DNA of 64,000 nt, from positions 310,001-374,000 of the forward strand of contig NW_020847472.1 of assembly GCF_003704095.1 (NCBI RefSeq), in the 5' to 3' direction. Each line of letters opens with the position of its first letter. The first letter of the stretch is position 1. The stretch comes from Pocillopora damicornis (taxonomy: Eukaryota). The notes beneath the pieces were generated by a model. That model ran no database searches. It was not told the origin of the DNA and saw only the letters and a list, made by a program, of their open reading frames with translations. Positions 46,101 through 57,400 of the stretch are shown here, piece by piece. The position numbers and the translations under genes are program-made.

Positions 46101-49100
46101 AAATCCACCACAATCATACACAAACATGAAAATTTTCCTCGATCCTCGAAGTGACTGCTGCTTTACTTACAGTGCTTGCTCACATCCCACTGATTTACTA
46201 ATAGTGCCTGCTCACATACTGCTTTTACCAATCATCTTGTGAGGTTTACATGTAAGGATTTAATCTTTAATTCCCAAGATCTGACTGTTTATTCTCCCCT
46301 CTACCTGCTACACATTTCCTTGCAAATAAATCACAAAAATTAGGTGTCAGATCAATACTACTAACTTCTACCTGATAAGTTTGAGAATTCTCATAACATG
46401 TTGGCTGAATAATGTGTGGATTTTATAGGGAGAAGTTACATGTTAATCACCAATGGGAGTTAAAGGGTTATTAAAGGAATGTGCTTAATTAAGTTTGCTC
46501 ACATCTGAATTTTGTTGAACCAGTTGGCCTTCGGAGATATGTGAAACTTTGTAATATTGTTTTTGTTTTCAGTTGATTGTTTCTAATGGATGTACACCAC
46601 TAGTTGATACTCTGGCCTTTTCACTTGCTGATGAAGGAGGTATTTCAATTTGTATGTATAATTATATTTTAAGTACAGGCAACAGTAACAACAGCAAAGT
46701 TTACTTTTACTCTTTATAATATACTCTTTCTCGTTCGTCCTATTTGTAGTTACAAAAGCTGTAATACAGTAAATGGTTTGAACCCAGGGTAACATGGAAT
46801 AGTGTGGTCTGATTGTCTGCTGGGGTGAGCATAGTCCTGAGAAAGACTGTTGTTGTGGTGATTGATGTTTTGACAACCTGAGTGGAAGTCATCATGAGAG
46901 TTGAGTGAATAGTTGTTGTCAGTTGAATGTCAACAATGACTGACAAGAACTCATTCAACTGACAACTGACAACAATTCACTTGACTTTGTTAATGACTTC
47001 CACCCAGGTTGTTGAAATGTCAGTCACCACTACTGACAACATTCCTCCTCAGGACTACACTCACCTGGACAATCAAACTACACTATTACAAAAACTGTAA
47101 TAATAAAATTAGGCCAATCCTCCTGGAATAATTACAGTGTGTAGGAGATCCAGGTAACCTACACTAAACAATGCATGGGATATGAATGCATAAGATATCA
47201 GTTGCACTTGGGTTGCATAGTAGTAGTCCACAGATTTTCAAACCCTGTTAGGAAGATCAGAAAAATAATTTGTGAATATAGACAGCTTGTTGTTAAAAAA
47301 ATGAGGAGCAATCTGCATCGCTTTCACTTGGTAGGATTTGTAACAAATAACTAAATTTCTTTAAGCGATGTTTAATTTTGAAAGTGTGACAGAAGCTACT
47401 CAGTCAATCCTCACTTGTTTCTAGAGCTCAGTTTCTCTGTAGTTGCTGATTGTGAACCAGTCGTGGTAAAATTTGAAAAATAATGCATTATTTTTCTGTA
47501 TTTGCACTGTGATCCAACAGAGGGTTTGCTGATCCCGTCTCCATTTTATGGATCATTTCTCCTGGATTTGCAGTCAAGATCAAGAGTGATACCTTTTCCA
47601 GTTGAACTTTCTAGTAAGGTTGGTGTCCTAACATATCAACTGGGTTTCTTGCAAGTTGACTTGGTGCTGTAGTTTGCAAAGACTTCTTAATTACTACTGA
47701 CAGTACTTTCTCAATGACAGTATTGATCTCTGGAATCAAGGCAGGAACTGTATGTTGACTTCTTTTATTTTATGTCTTAGATTGGTCCAGGAGAAACACA
47801 TCCGTTTGAACTTACTGTAGCAAGACTAGAATCTGCTTTAAAGAAAGCATCAGAGCAGGTACTCCTTAACTGAGAAGTTGTAGTTAATCACATATGCATA
47901 AAAGTAGAGTTGGAGAAATTTTTCACAAGAAATCACTTTTGATGCAGCGGGTTGGAAGTTAGTATTTAGCAGGTCAAAATCTAAAATACTTTGGCTTTGC
48001 TCTTAGAGTTTTTCAGTGCTTGGATTCAGGAAAAGTTGCCAAATTTTGACCTCAATCAAATTGAACATTCTCCAAGATGCCAATTCATGAACAACGAATC
48101 AAAGAGCAAATTTCAATCTGAGTTGAAAGCGATACAAATTGCTCCTCATTTTTTTAACAACAAGGTGTCTATATTCACAAATTATTTTGCTGATCTTCCT
48201 AACAGGGTGTGAAAATCCGTGGACTACTACTATGCAACCCAAACAACCCCCTGGGCAATATCTACTCCAAAGAACTCTTACAAGAATGTCTGAATTTTGC
48301 TTCCAGGTGAGGAAAGACGCGGTTTACTCTCACTTACTGCTAAAGGACACTGTAACAGCCAACCAGTTATTTTTTAGAGATTTATTAATTACTGTAGCAA
48401 GTCACAGAAAAGCTGGTGTTTTGCTCATCGTTGGGGCAGAGTAGGGGACTCTGGTTTGCGAGCGTATAAATGAAGTATAGATGTATATTGTTGGGCTTAG
48501 TCAGTACCTGAACAACTGCGCACCTACCCCTCCCCTGACCCAACAACAGTCAACTGATGACAAGGTTGCGTTAATTTTAGGTTAGGGGAGGGGTAACTGC
48601 GCAGTTGCGCAGGTACAAACACTAATTCACTTAACTTCACTCAAGAACTGAATAGGATATTGCGAATTGCGAAGGTCACAAAAAGGAAAGGAACACAGTT
48701 GCGAGTGGAATCACAACGATCATTGAAATGGGAATCTTAGGGTTAGATCCTTGATTCGAACAAACTATTTCTAATTTATTGGGAAAATGAAACCGATGTT
48801 AAAAAATTCCTTAGATTTCCTTCTTTGTTGGAGTATGAAAGCTTACTTGTGATTTCTTTACTGTTTTAGACATTCTCTACATGTCATCGTAGACGAGATA
48901 TACATGATGTGCGGATACAGAGAGGGTTGTTCTGTGACAAATGTGATGAGTTTAAAAAAGTGAGTCACTTGTGCAGGGTTTTTCTCTTGATACGATATTT
49001 TTTCGCTGCTGGTGGCTTTCATCGGTGTCTTTGCTAAGAATTTACATGATTTGGCTGCATCCCCAAACACGATTTTCGGTATGTTAACTTTCTCCTCTCT

Positions 49101-52100
49101 CTTTTCGGGGCCATTGTGTTGAATTCTTGTTCGAGGCACTTTACTTTCACAACGCTTCTCTCTCACCAAACCGTAGTATCAAAATGTTAGGAAACGGAGC
49201 ATTGTTGGGGACTGGTTAGGGAAACCTAGGATTAGCTAGTCTGGAAGCGATAAGGTCTTAGGCTTGTGGTTTCCGGTTGAGGAGACAATCAAGTAAGCGT
49301 TTTTTTTTTTTTTTTTGTATTGATATGGATCATTCTTTAATCGAGTGTCGAAAGTAATGCGGGATTGCATTGGTTTTACTTTACTTTGCTCTGTGATTGG
49401 AAAACTCGCGTCATCCTCACAACTAATAAAATGTAAACTGAAAACCATCGCAACTCGGACATTTGCGTTTTCCCGCGCTTCAAGCAGTTTGCTTGTTTTC
49501 ACTCCGAGTTCTCATTGGCTAATGTTTGTGTAAAAGTTTTTTCTGAATGGTCATTGGGATTACTTTTATTTGGTTTTATGACGCTCAATTGAAAATTGCA
49601 CTGAGTATACGGGTAAATAATCGACCTCGAGTGTCTGTTCTTTTCTTGCAGCATTCCAGACAAGGAGATGGTTCACGTCCTGTGGGGCTTTAGTAAGGTA
49701 GTGTAAATTGAATGGCGAATTCGTATGTAGTGCTTCAGCGAATAGAGAGTGCTCAGTAAAGCTACAAATGTTGAAGGGATGTTTGAAAGTTTTCTAACAG
49801 GCTACATGTAACGGGTTTTTTTGAACCTCAACACTGGACAAGAAACAGAAACGGCCAAAAGAGAACAGAAAAACATTTTTTTGTGAAATGACTGAATGAG
49901 TGACTTACTTGGGATCGTTTGAGAGGGACTAGAACTGAAAACCCATTTGTGTTTGATATCGTTTGATATTGTAATGGCTCCAGAGCATGCGCTGCGTGTA
50001 ACCGGTTTCAAGCGCGGGAGAACAAGTAGCAAGTGCTAGGCACGGAAAATTGCGAATTTGGTGTCTAGCGCGGGAAAAGCATGTAAGCGGTAAAAAGCGC
50101 GGGAATAACTAAGTGTTTGGTTATAACTTGAAACCAGTTTCAAGCGCGGGAAAAATGGGAAGCAGTAAGGGAGTGCAAGAATAATGTGAACTGGTTCTGA
50201 GGAAAGACCTCTATGCATGTTCATCGGAATCTTTCGTACGCACCTACATTCGCCCTCATTGATTTGACTGTTATAAATTTGTAGGATTTTGGAATATCTG
50301 GATTTCGCTGCGGTGTTCTTCACACGTTAAACAAAGAACTTTTCAGACTCATAAGTTCAGGATATCAAATATTCCATGATATACCAGCCCAAACACAGGC
50401 AAGTTATGGTTACTGAATCAATTCTCTGTTATTTGGAATGACGAGTAAAGACACTATCTTGATTTAAGTGATATATTAGTTCGCCAAAAATACTATGAAT
50501 TTACCTGAAAATACCAACTTACAAGATGGGACAACACTAGTAAGGTGGAGATAAACTTTGATGAGGACAGATGGTTCAGACTACTATGAGTAGCAAAAGT
50601 TGTTAGCACACATCCCCTTTAGTTTGTAGGTGGATGACAACCCTCCACGTGACATCATAAACAGAAGTCTTGTAATTCGTCGCCAATCATTGTCTTGGAA
50701 ATTCCTCCTTATCTCTTAACAATGTTGCAAGGAACTAATGAGCACTTTGTTTGCAAAGGGCAACATTGAAATGGGAGAGGGGAAGATAGATGAAAGTTAC
50801 AAAAGAAGGACGCGAAGACTTTTGTCCATTCATTGTAGCTTATACGACAACAAACTTGAACTTTGCATAAAACTTGCCATTCACTAGAGGAGATAACCTT
50901 TTGGTAATATTCGCTCCAAAGTTTTTTTTAAGTTCACCCAAAGACAAGGTTCTTGTGTCTTTTTCCTCTTTTATGATTATCTACGTTTTAAGCTGTTACA
51001 GTTTTGACCAGTTGCTCAGTAGAGCCTTGGGCGAGTGTTGTAAAACCAAAATCAAACTATCAGAACAGCCAATCAGAACATATCTCAGTACCTCGCTTTC
51101 CACTAATGCTATGATGTAACCTTTCCCTTAGGTTCTCCTTACAAATCTCATCAAGGATAAAGGTTAGTACGTTGCTATTTGATTGGGCAGGGTTGGGGAT
51201 TTTTTTCGAGTTAATAACGAACGTATAATAACAACAGTCCTACCCAAACCGTTTAAGGTTTGACGTTTTTTACATGTCATTCTCGCAGCCTCATGCTTGG
51301 TATGAGAATTGTGCATGCACAGCACTTTAAATTATGTGAAAGGAAACGAAAGAGGGAAATTAATGTATTTCTTTCCGAAGTAAAACATGAAAAGAGAGCA
51401 AAACTCTTAGTTTGAAGCAAATTAAAGGTGTGATTCTAATTTTTTTTATTCGTATGGTTTACAGAATGGTTAGATAAAACGTTTTTCCCAACAAATAGAC
51501 AACGGCTTCGAAATGCTTACAAGATGGCTTGTGATGCTCTTGAAGAAGTTGGTATTCCGTTCCTCCCCGGAGAATGTGGACTGTTTATATGGGTCGACTT
51601 TAGGGAGGTATACACATTGACTAATACAATTTATTAAAACATCGTGTGATTTATTTAAAAATAGGCCATCTTACAGTTGTGTTCTTAGTTGCCAAGCCTT
51701 TGATTTGGAGTGAGGCTGAAGGTGACCATGTTGTGATAGAGACCAGTATCTCGTTAGTATGATGACAAAGTAATTTACATGTGAAAAACAGCAACGTTTG
51801 TATCATAACAAGGTCAACCTTAGCCTCACTCCTGTTCAAAGGCTTGGCGACCAAGTACGCAACTGTAAAATGGACTGTTGGTTCATGCAGAGCGTGGATG
51901 CCCGCTGGAAGTTTAGAGAACAGGAATACTTATTATTGTACTGTCTCTTTATCTTTTAGCTACTTCTAACATCATCCTTTGAAGATGAAATGCACTTGTT
52001 AGACTGCATGATAACACATGGTGTATTCATCTTTCCTGGGTCATATTTTCGTTGTCCAGAACTCGGTTGGTTTAGAATAATATTCGCCATGGAGACGGAT

Positions 52101-53035
52101 ATTCTTCAACTAGGTGAGCTTGTTGTAAGTGACTATCTGTCGCCTGGATGAAGAGAGACAAGACAGGAAATAACAATATAAAAAGCTATGTTGCTTTTGT
52201 GTGTATTCTAATATACATTAATTGGAATAGTTATTGAATCTAAGGGAAGAGAGAGTGACGGTTTTCTAAACGAACTAACGCAGCCCTCCGGAGAAGTATT
52301 CAGCACATTGCATTAATGGAGTATTATTTCATTTTCTCGTGGAGTTTTCTTTTTTTGCACCCACATTAGCATACCCCGCCGCGTTCCAGTTTCTACAGAA
52401 TAAAGGTGCTGGGTGTATTGCTATTCCACTTGAATGGCATGCTGTTCTATCGCAGGTTATCCCCGAGGGAATTGTTAGTAGTCGCCTAGAATATTCTGGC
52501 ACTGTAAGTGTGCTGACCCTTGGGTGTGAATTCGGGCCAGTCAAGGCAGATTCCCACATGCCAATCGTCTGCCAGCTTTGTCCTCGCCATGATAATCCTC
52601 TGAATAAAACTTTGATTAGCTTAGCAGAAAGCTCTATAAAAAAGTCTTAGAGGCGCAACTAAGTAAAGAAGTTGGTGGCAATTGCGCGCACTACTGCTCT
52701 CAAGATGCCTTGCTTGCTGGCGAAGATTGTTTCACCTACACACTTTAATACTAAATAACTCCTCTTACTTAGGTTTAAGCAGAATTCAGCAAACTGTGAG
52801 GGAGGTCCGCGCTGGTCTGGCTTCGAAGCAGGATGAGAGAGCTGCCCTTGCTCAGAGAGAAGAAAGTAATAGCTTCGTAGAAAGCGAGAATGGTGAAAGT
52901 CTCGAGGATTTACTTCGAACATTACACCAGCAAATACAAAACAGTGACTGGCTGAAGGAAAATACCGCTGAAAAGTGGATGGAGGAAAATCCTGAACTGG
53001 CTAAAGCCTTTTTAAAGCAAAACGACGAGAAATAA
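43198..53035 (+). CDS. ACCS: ACC-synthase-like PLP enzyme, paralogue 2 with C-terminal extension (15 exons, about 498 aa)
   Basis: Exons 43198-43308, 44480-44539, 45315-45385, 45944-46013, 46573-46639, 47521-47618, 47781-47858, 48206-48306, 48870-48959, 49652-49697, 50285-50398 (GC donor), 51132-51162, 51465-51607, 51960-52113, 52773-53035. Internal exon sizes are identical to paralogue 1. A probable upstream micro-exon 42425-42441 (ATG..CC|gtaagc) splices in frame to 43194, adding MSLKIPK. Confidence 0.9.
43803..44014. mobile_element. TTAA-flanked piggyBac-type MITE with perfect TIRs
   Basis: TTAA-CCCTTTCACTCCCA ... TGGGAGTGAAAGGG-TTAA. Related copies at 55103-55297 and, reversed, at 62543-62750 and 32482-32692. 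Confidence 0.82.
46260..46470. mobile_element. TTAA MITE, same subfamily as 31310-31528
   Basis: cccaagatctga..ttctcccctcta..gctacacatttcc..cctgataagtttgag..gggagttaaagggtta. Confidence 0.75.
46767..47085. mobile_element. Family B Penelope-like insertion with inverted arms, decayed hammerheads and 17-bp TSD
   Basis: TTACAAAA[G/A]CTGTAATA at 46750-46766 and 47086-47102. Arms about 46800-46928 and 46955-47085 are inverted repeats. Confidence 0.7.
48502..48616. mobile_element. Small foldback MITE
   Basis: gtacctg..caactgcgca..tacccctcccct versus aggggaggggta..tgcgcagttg..caggtac. Confidence 0.7.
49990..50200 (+). repeat. About 29-bp tandem repeat with core AGCGCGGGAAAA (ACCS-2 intron 10)
   Basis: Cores at about 50011, 50039, 50067, 50096 and 50143. 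Confidence 0.75.
51661..51879. mobile_element. Foldback MITE with about 75-bp terminal inverted repeats
   Basis: ggccatcttacagttg..gccaagcctttga..ggagtgaggct..gttgtgata versus tatcataac..agcctcactcc..tcaaaggcttggc..caactgtaaaatggac. Confidence 0.75.
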
Positions 53036-53752
53036 CAAGCTAAATGATTTTATTAAATTGCAGAAAACCGCCAGATAAGTTTTCCTTTCAGAAAGTTACC
53101 AAACGATATCTTCAGGGAGGGATAGGTGGAGAATCTATAATCAAGAGCAATGGTTACCTTTCGACATAAACAACGAACAGTCTCATTTTTCTGGCGAAAT
53201 CCGTCAAGTAAGTAAAAAAAAAATCAGCGAAAAAATAAATTGATGTTAGCGCGGAATTCCCAGGGTGAGATATGACGCGCGAACATCCATTTTTGTTGAA
53301 TTTTTTTGCCTCGCGCGACGTATTTCGCCTTAAAGGCGCTGCTCGTGGTCTTCTTTTGACACGGCTGTACAAGTCAATGCGAATATATCTCTTTCACAAA
53401 AGAGAGCAACTGAATTTTATTGAAATCATTTTCTCACTTATTTCACAAACCCTGCCGAAGGACAGAGAGGAAAATGACCGGCAAGTTGTTTGTGATGACA
53501 ATCCACAATAAGAAACTCACACAGTCAAAGATAACTCACTTCAAAATGGACAAATGCACAGGAAAATCACATCACACTTATAAGTATTTACAATATGAAT
53601 GATCTTGTACCAAGTTGATATGAGCATTGACAAATACATAATCGTATGTAAAACATAATAAATAGAATAATTTGAGAAACTAGTTTTACTAGTTTACTGA
53701 ACAATAAGGCACCTGGTACTTCATTTTCACACAAGGCAACTAATAAAAAGAA

Positions 53753-53890
53753 AATAGCTTATGTTCACGGGCATAAATATGTTTAGGGTCCCGACTCACG
53801 TGTCATTTTAGCCCGAGCCATCTAACGAGGTTTAAAATGACTCTGAGAAGGGCCCAAAACATATTTACGCCCGCGAAAATAAGCTGTATT
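53753..53890. repeat. Long hairpin / foldback element between the convergent ACCS-2 and CFAP20DC 3' ends
   Basis: agcttatgttcacgggcataaatatgttt..gtcatttta versus taaaatgac..aaacatatttacgcccgcgaaaataagct. Confidence 0.7.
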
Positions 53891-54435
53891 GCTGTAATTA
53901 TCAATTTGGAGGGCGTTGTGATGTTACGGCATACTGGAAAATGTTGAACATCTCGACGTTTGCTATCAGCTGATTGTACACTAATACGAAAGCAACAATG
54001 AAGTATTGCAGTTTTCTCATGATCTATGCACGTCCTTGTGGATACACCACAATAGAAGAGACTGTATTGCAAGAAAAACGACAACACCTCACTAGGAGTG
54101 TATCAACTACGATCAAGAACCGCTTGCCTTTGTTTCGAAAACGCAAACATTTGGATTGGCACAGAACAAGAGATGTGTTGTGCTATTTTCATGTAGGGTT
54201 GATTTGAGGATCGCTTGCTGTTTGGCTTTTTGCCGTTTGAAAACGTCAAGCTTTAATTTACTGCCTACAAGATGACCGCCACCATTGTGCGGGATTCTGC
54301 TTCAAGGCAGTCGGTTATAACTGGGGTAGATATGTTATCTGTCTTCAACACCGTAACTAGTTTTACTGCTTCACAAAACGACCCAGAATGAACTACATGT
54401 ACATTAAATGTTCAGTTGAGCAGTCAGTTGTTGTC

Positions 54436-57400
54436 CTATGCCAGTTCATAATACTTGTGAGTTCTGGGATCAAAGTAACAGTTCAAACATGGATCATAAA
54501 GTAAATCCAACTCCTCTTCATCTGCTGTGTTGTGGTCCATGCTACAGCTTGGATTACGACTTCTTGGTGGTGATAGGGCAGCTGAAAGAGCCTCCTGTTG
54601 GCCAGCTGTAAAACAAATAATTGTCTTGAGGAAGTATGCATCTTTAACCATCATAGTAGTTTAAATAAAAGCCTGTCAGTGCCAGTCTATTACCACCTAC
54701 AAGACCTTGTACCGCTGTATGATTAGCCTAGGTGCAGGTTCGTGTTTGGGTTTTTCCTTTCAGCCCCTTTTGCTGGTACAACTGTCTGTTATGCCATTGG
54801 AAATCACGTATGGAAAAGTTAGTGAAACTCCTGCATCACATCTCTCCTTAAGAACTCTACAACTTACCGTAACATTTTGATAAATCTGGCTGTGTTAAAT
54901 AAACAAGAGTGTTAAGTGTTGATTACAGGACAGGATTGCAATAACTAGAGATCTCAAACGGTGCAGAACTTTAGCCGTAGATTTATTACAACCTGACTGA
55001 CAGTTTTTTATTATAATGAGAAATAAATGAGTGAACCATATGCGTGAGTACAATGTACAAAGCATACCTCCCCTGTGTCACTGACAGAAAAAAAATAACA
55101 TTTTTAACTCTCGTGAGTGACCAAAAGAGAATTTCTCTTTTCAATACTAATACAACATCAAGCAGACAAGTGATGAGAATAACCATATAAGAAAAACAAG
55201 AATTGGTGGATTTTTAGTTGACCCTGTACCTGACATCAAAACAATTATATAGCAGACAGTAAGGAGAATAACTAATAAGATCATGTGAGTGAAAAGGCAA
55301 GGGCAGAATAACATCTCGTTACTATAGATCACTGCCATCTCAAGAGGAGTGTTTTACTTACCAGTGCTCCGTTTTTGACTGGGTAGTACAATTGGTGGAC
55401 TGAATGCATTCGAATACTCTCTTGGATCCATCGGTAATGTGGCTGTAAGATCTGGCTCTGGTCCTGGGTGCTAATAAGTGCAAAACACATGTTACAACAG
55501 TTCAAACTACTACTTTCCTTTTAGATTAAAAGTAAAACTGATGAGATAAAGAAGACAGAAAAAATTTTTGGTTAGGGTCGGGCCAAACAGAACAACCAAA
55601 ATTTGAAAACATTTCATTCCTTTCCTCATGTTGTTATCCTTTTGTTGTCACATGATGCTTTCCTGCAGCTTTTATGTGTTTTTCACATAGGTAATGTAAA
55701 ATGTAAATGCTACTCCAGGGACACATCTCTCCCAAGGGTGAACCAGACTCTAGGCTTAGGAAATACATATTTATTTCACTGTACATTTAGGTGGAGTTGA
55801 TGAGTGAAGTGAATAAGATGAAGCATCATTCTAAAAGATGTTGACTAAATAACCCACCAGAACTTGCAGTATCAATTTTTTTTTTGCTTTGGCAAACCCC
55901 ACCCCAGTTGCCCACCCTAGAAATTTCAGTTTGCTTCAATGTCCAACATCCAATTCCAGTTGTGGCACAGTTTTATTGTAGATAGTTTCTTAACTCCATC
56001 AATACCCTAACCTTTTAGGATGTTTTGTGGTATGGGCCTCTAAAAACTGTCTCCAACTTATCCGGTCACACTGGATTAATAGCTAGTATGTGCAGCAATT
56101 CATGTGAGCATTAATTTACCACAGACACTACAGATTTGAAATTTTCAGAATGGAAGCTCTAATTCTTGACAAATTCAATCCCACCTCCTCCTTGCCAAAC
56201 TAACACCATTTTACTAACCCTCATTTCATCTAAATAGCGGTGTATCCTCCTGTCAGGGGGAGGTGGTCCTTTCCATGTACTGTATGTTGTATCATCACTA
56301 GAATCACTAAGGGAATCCCCTCCATCATTAACAATGATGTCTTCAGAACCAGTTCCACTACTATTCAAGTGTTCTCTAAATATTCCACTATCATGTCCAA
56401 AAGAGCTGTTAAATGATCTATCCAAGGATTTGTCTAACATGTTGTTACTCATGGCAGATGTGTCAAATCGCCAAGAACTTGCATCTGATTGAACATTCCG
56501 CCACGAGTTTGCATCAGATTGGTAATTCCTTGCATCATATGGCTTTGCATTGCTTTTGCGTGGTGAAGGAATCTTAAGTAAAAAAAAAAGAGAGAGGAAA
56601 AAATTAATAGACTACAATTATAACTTACAATTTCATACTTTCTGACATATCAAATCACCATTTTGAAGCCAATTAATCAATGCCTGAGCCCTGCCCAGAA
56701 AAAAAAAAAAACATCTGTATTCTTTTTATAGTGTACAACCTAAATGTAGTCACTGTATTCATGTGCAGAAGTGGCATGTACTGACAGAAATACCTCTCCT
56801 ATAACTCCAAACATGTATTATTTTTTAATACCAGATCTGTCCAACCTTGTCTCATCCTTGGTTGAACAAAACATAAAAATTGTCAGATGTCTCATTTATG
56901 TCTTATCTGTTTTCACTTAATTTCATGCCCTATTTTCTGGGCAGAAAAATTAATGTCTCTTATATATTTGGCAAATAGTTGTCAACTGTAAAGTCTGGTT
57001 AAGATATGTGTCAATTTTGATGAAACACTATGCAATAACCAAAAGATTTACTGATATACAGGCTAGCTGAAGAATGACCTCTTTTAGTCAATCCTTCACT
57101 TGGATTTCATTTAAGTCTTCACTCACCTCCTTCAACAAGCTACTTCTGATACTCATTCTCAAGATCTGTGAATTTGACAAAGGATCAGGCTCAGGGCTTG
57201 GTAATGGACTTTCCAGAGGGCTCAATTTTGATCCTCTTGAGCTGCACCTTGAATTTCCACTTGCTTTCAAAAAGTTCTGTAAATCATCTTCCTCAGCTGA
57301 ACTTTCTCCAGAAGCTTTGTAGAAGTCATCATCATACTCTGATCTATCACTGCCTTTGCGCAATCGATTCTGTGATTTATTTGTTAGGTCTTTAGAATCC

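Noticed and set aside
29310-53035. Ethylene/ACC biosynthesis pathway
   Set aside because: The animal ACCS-like proteins tested lack ACC synthase activity, the plant FQDYHG Tyr is not conserved here, and no ACC oxidase is in the window.
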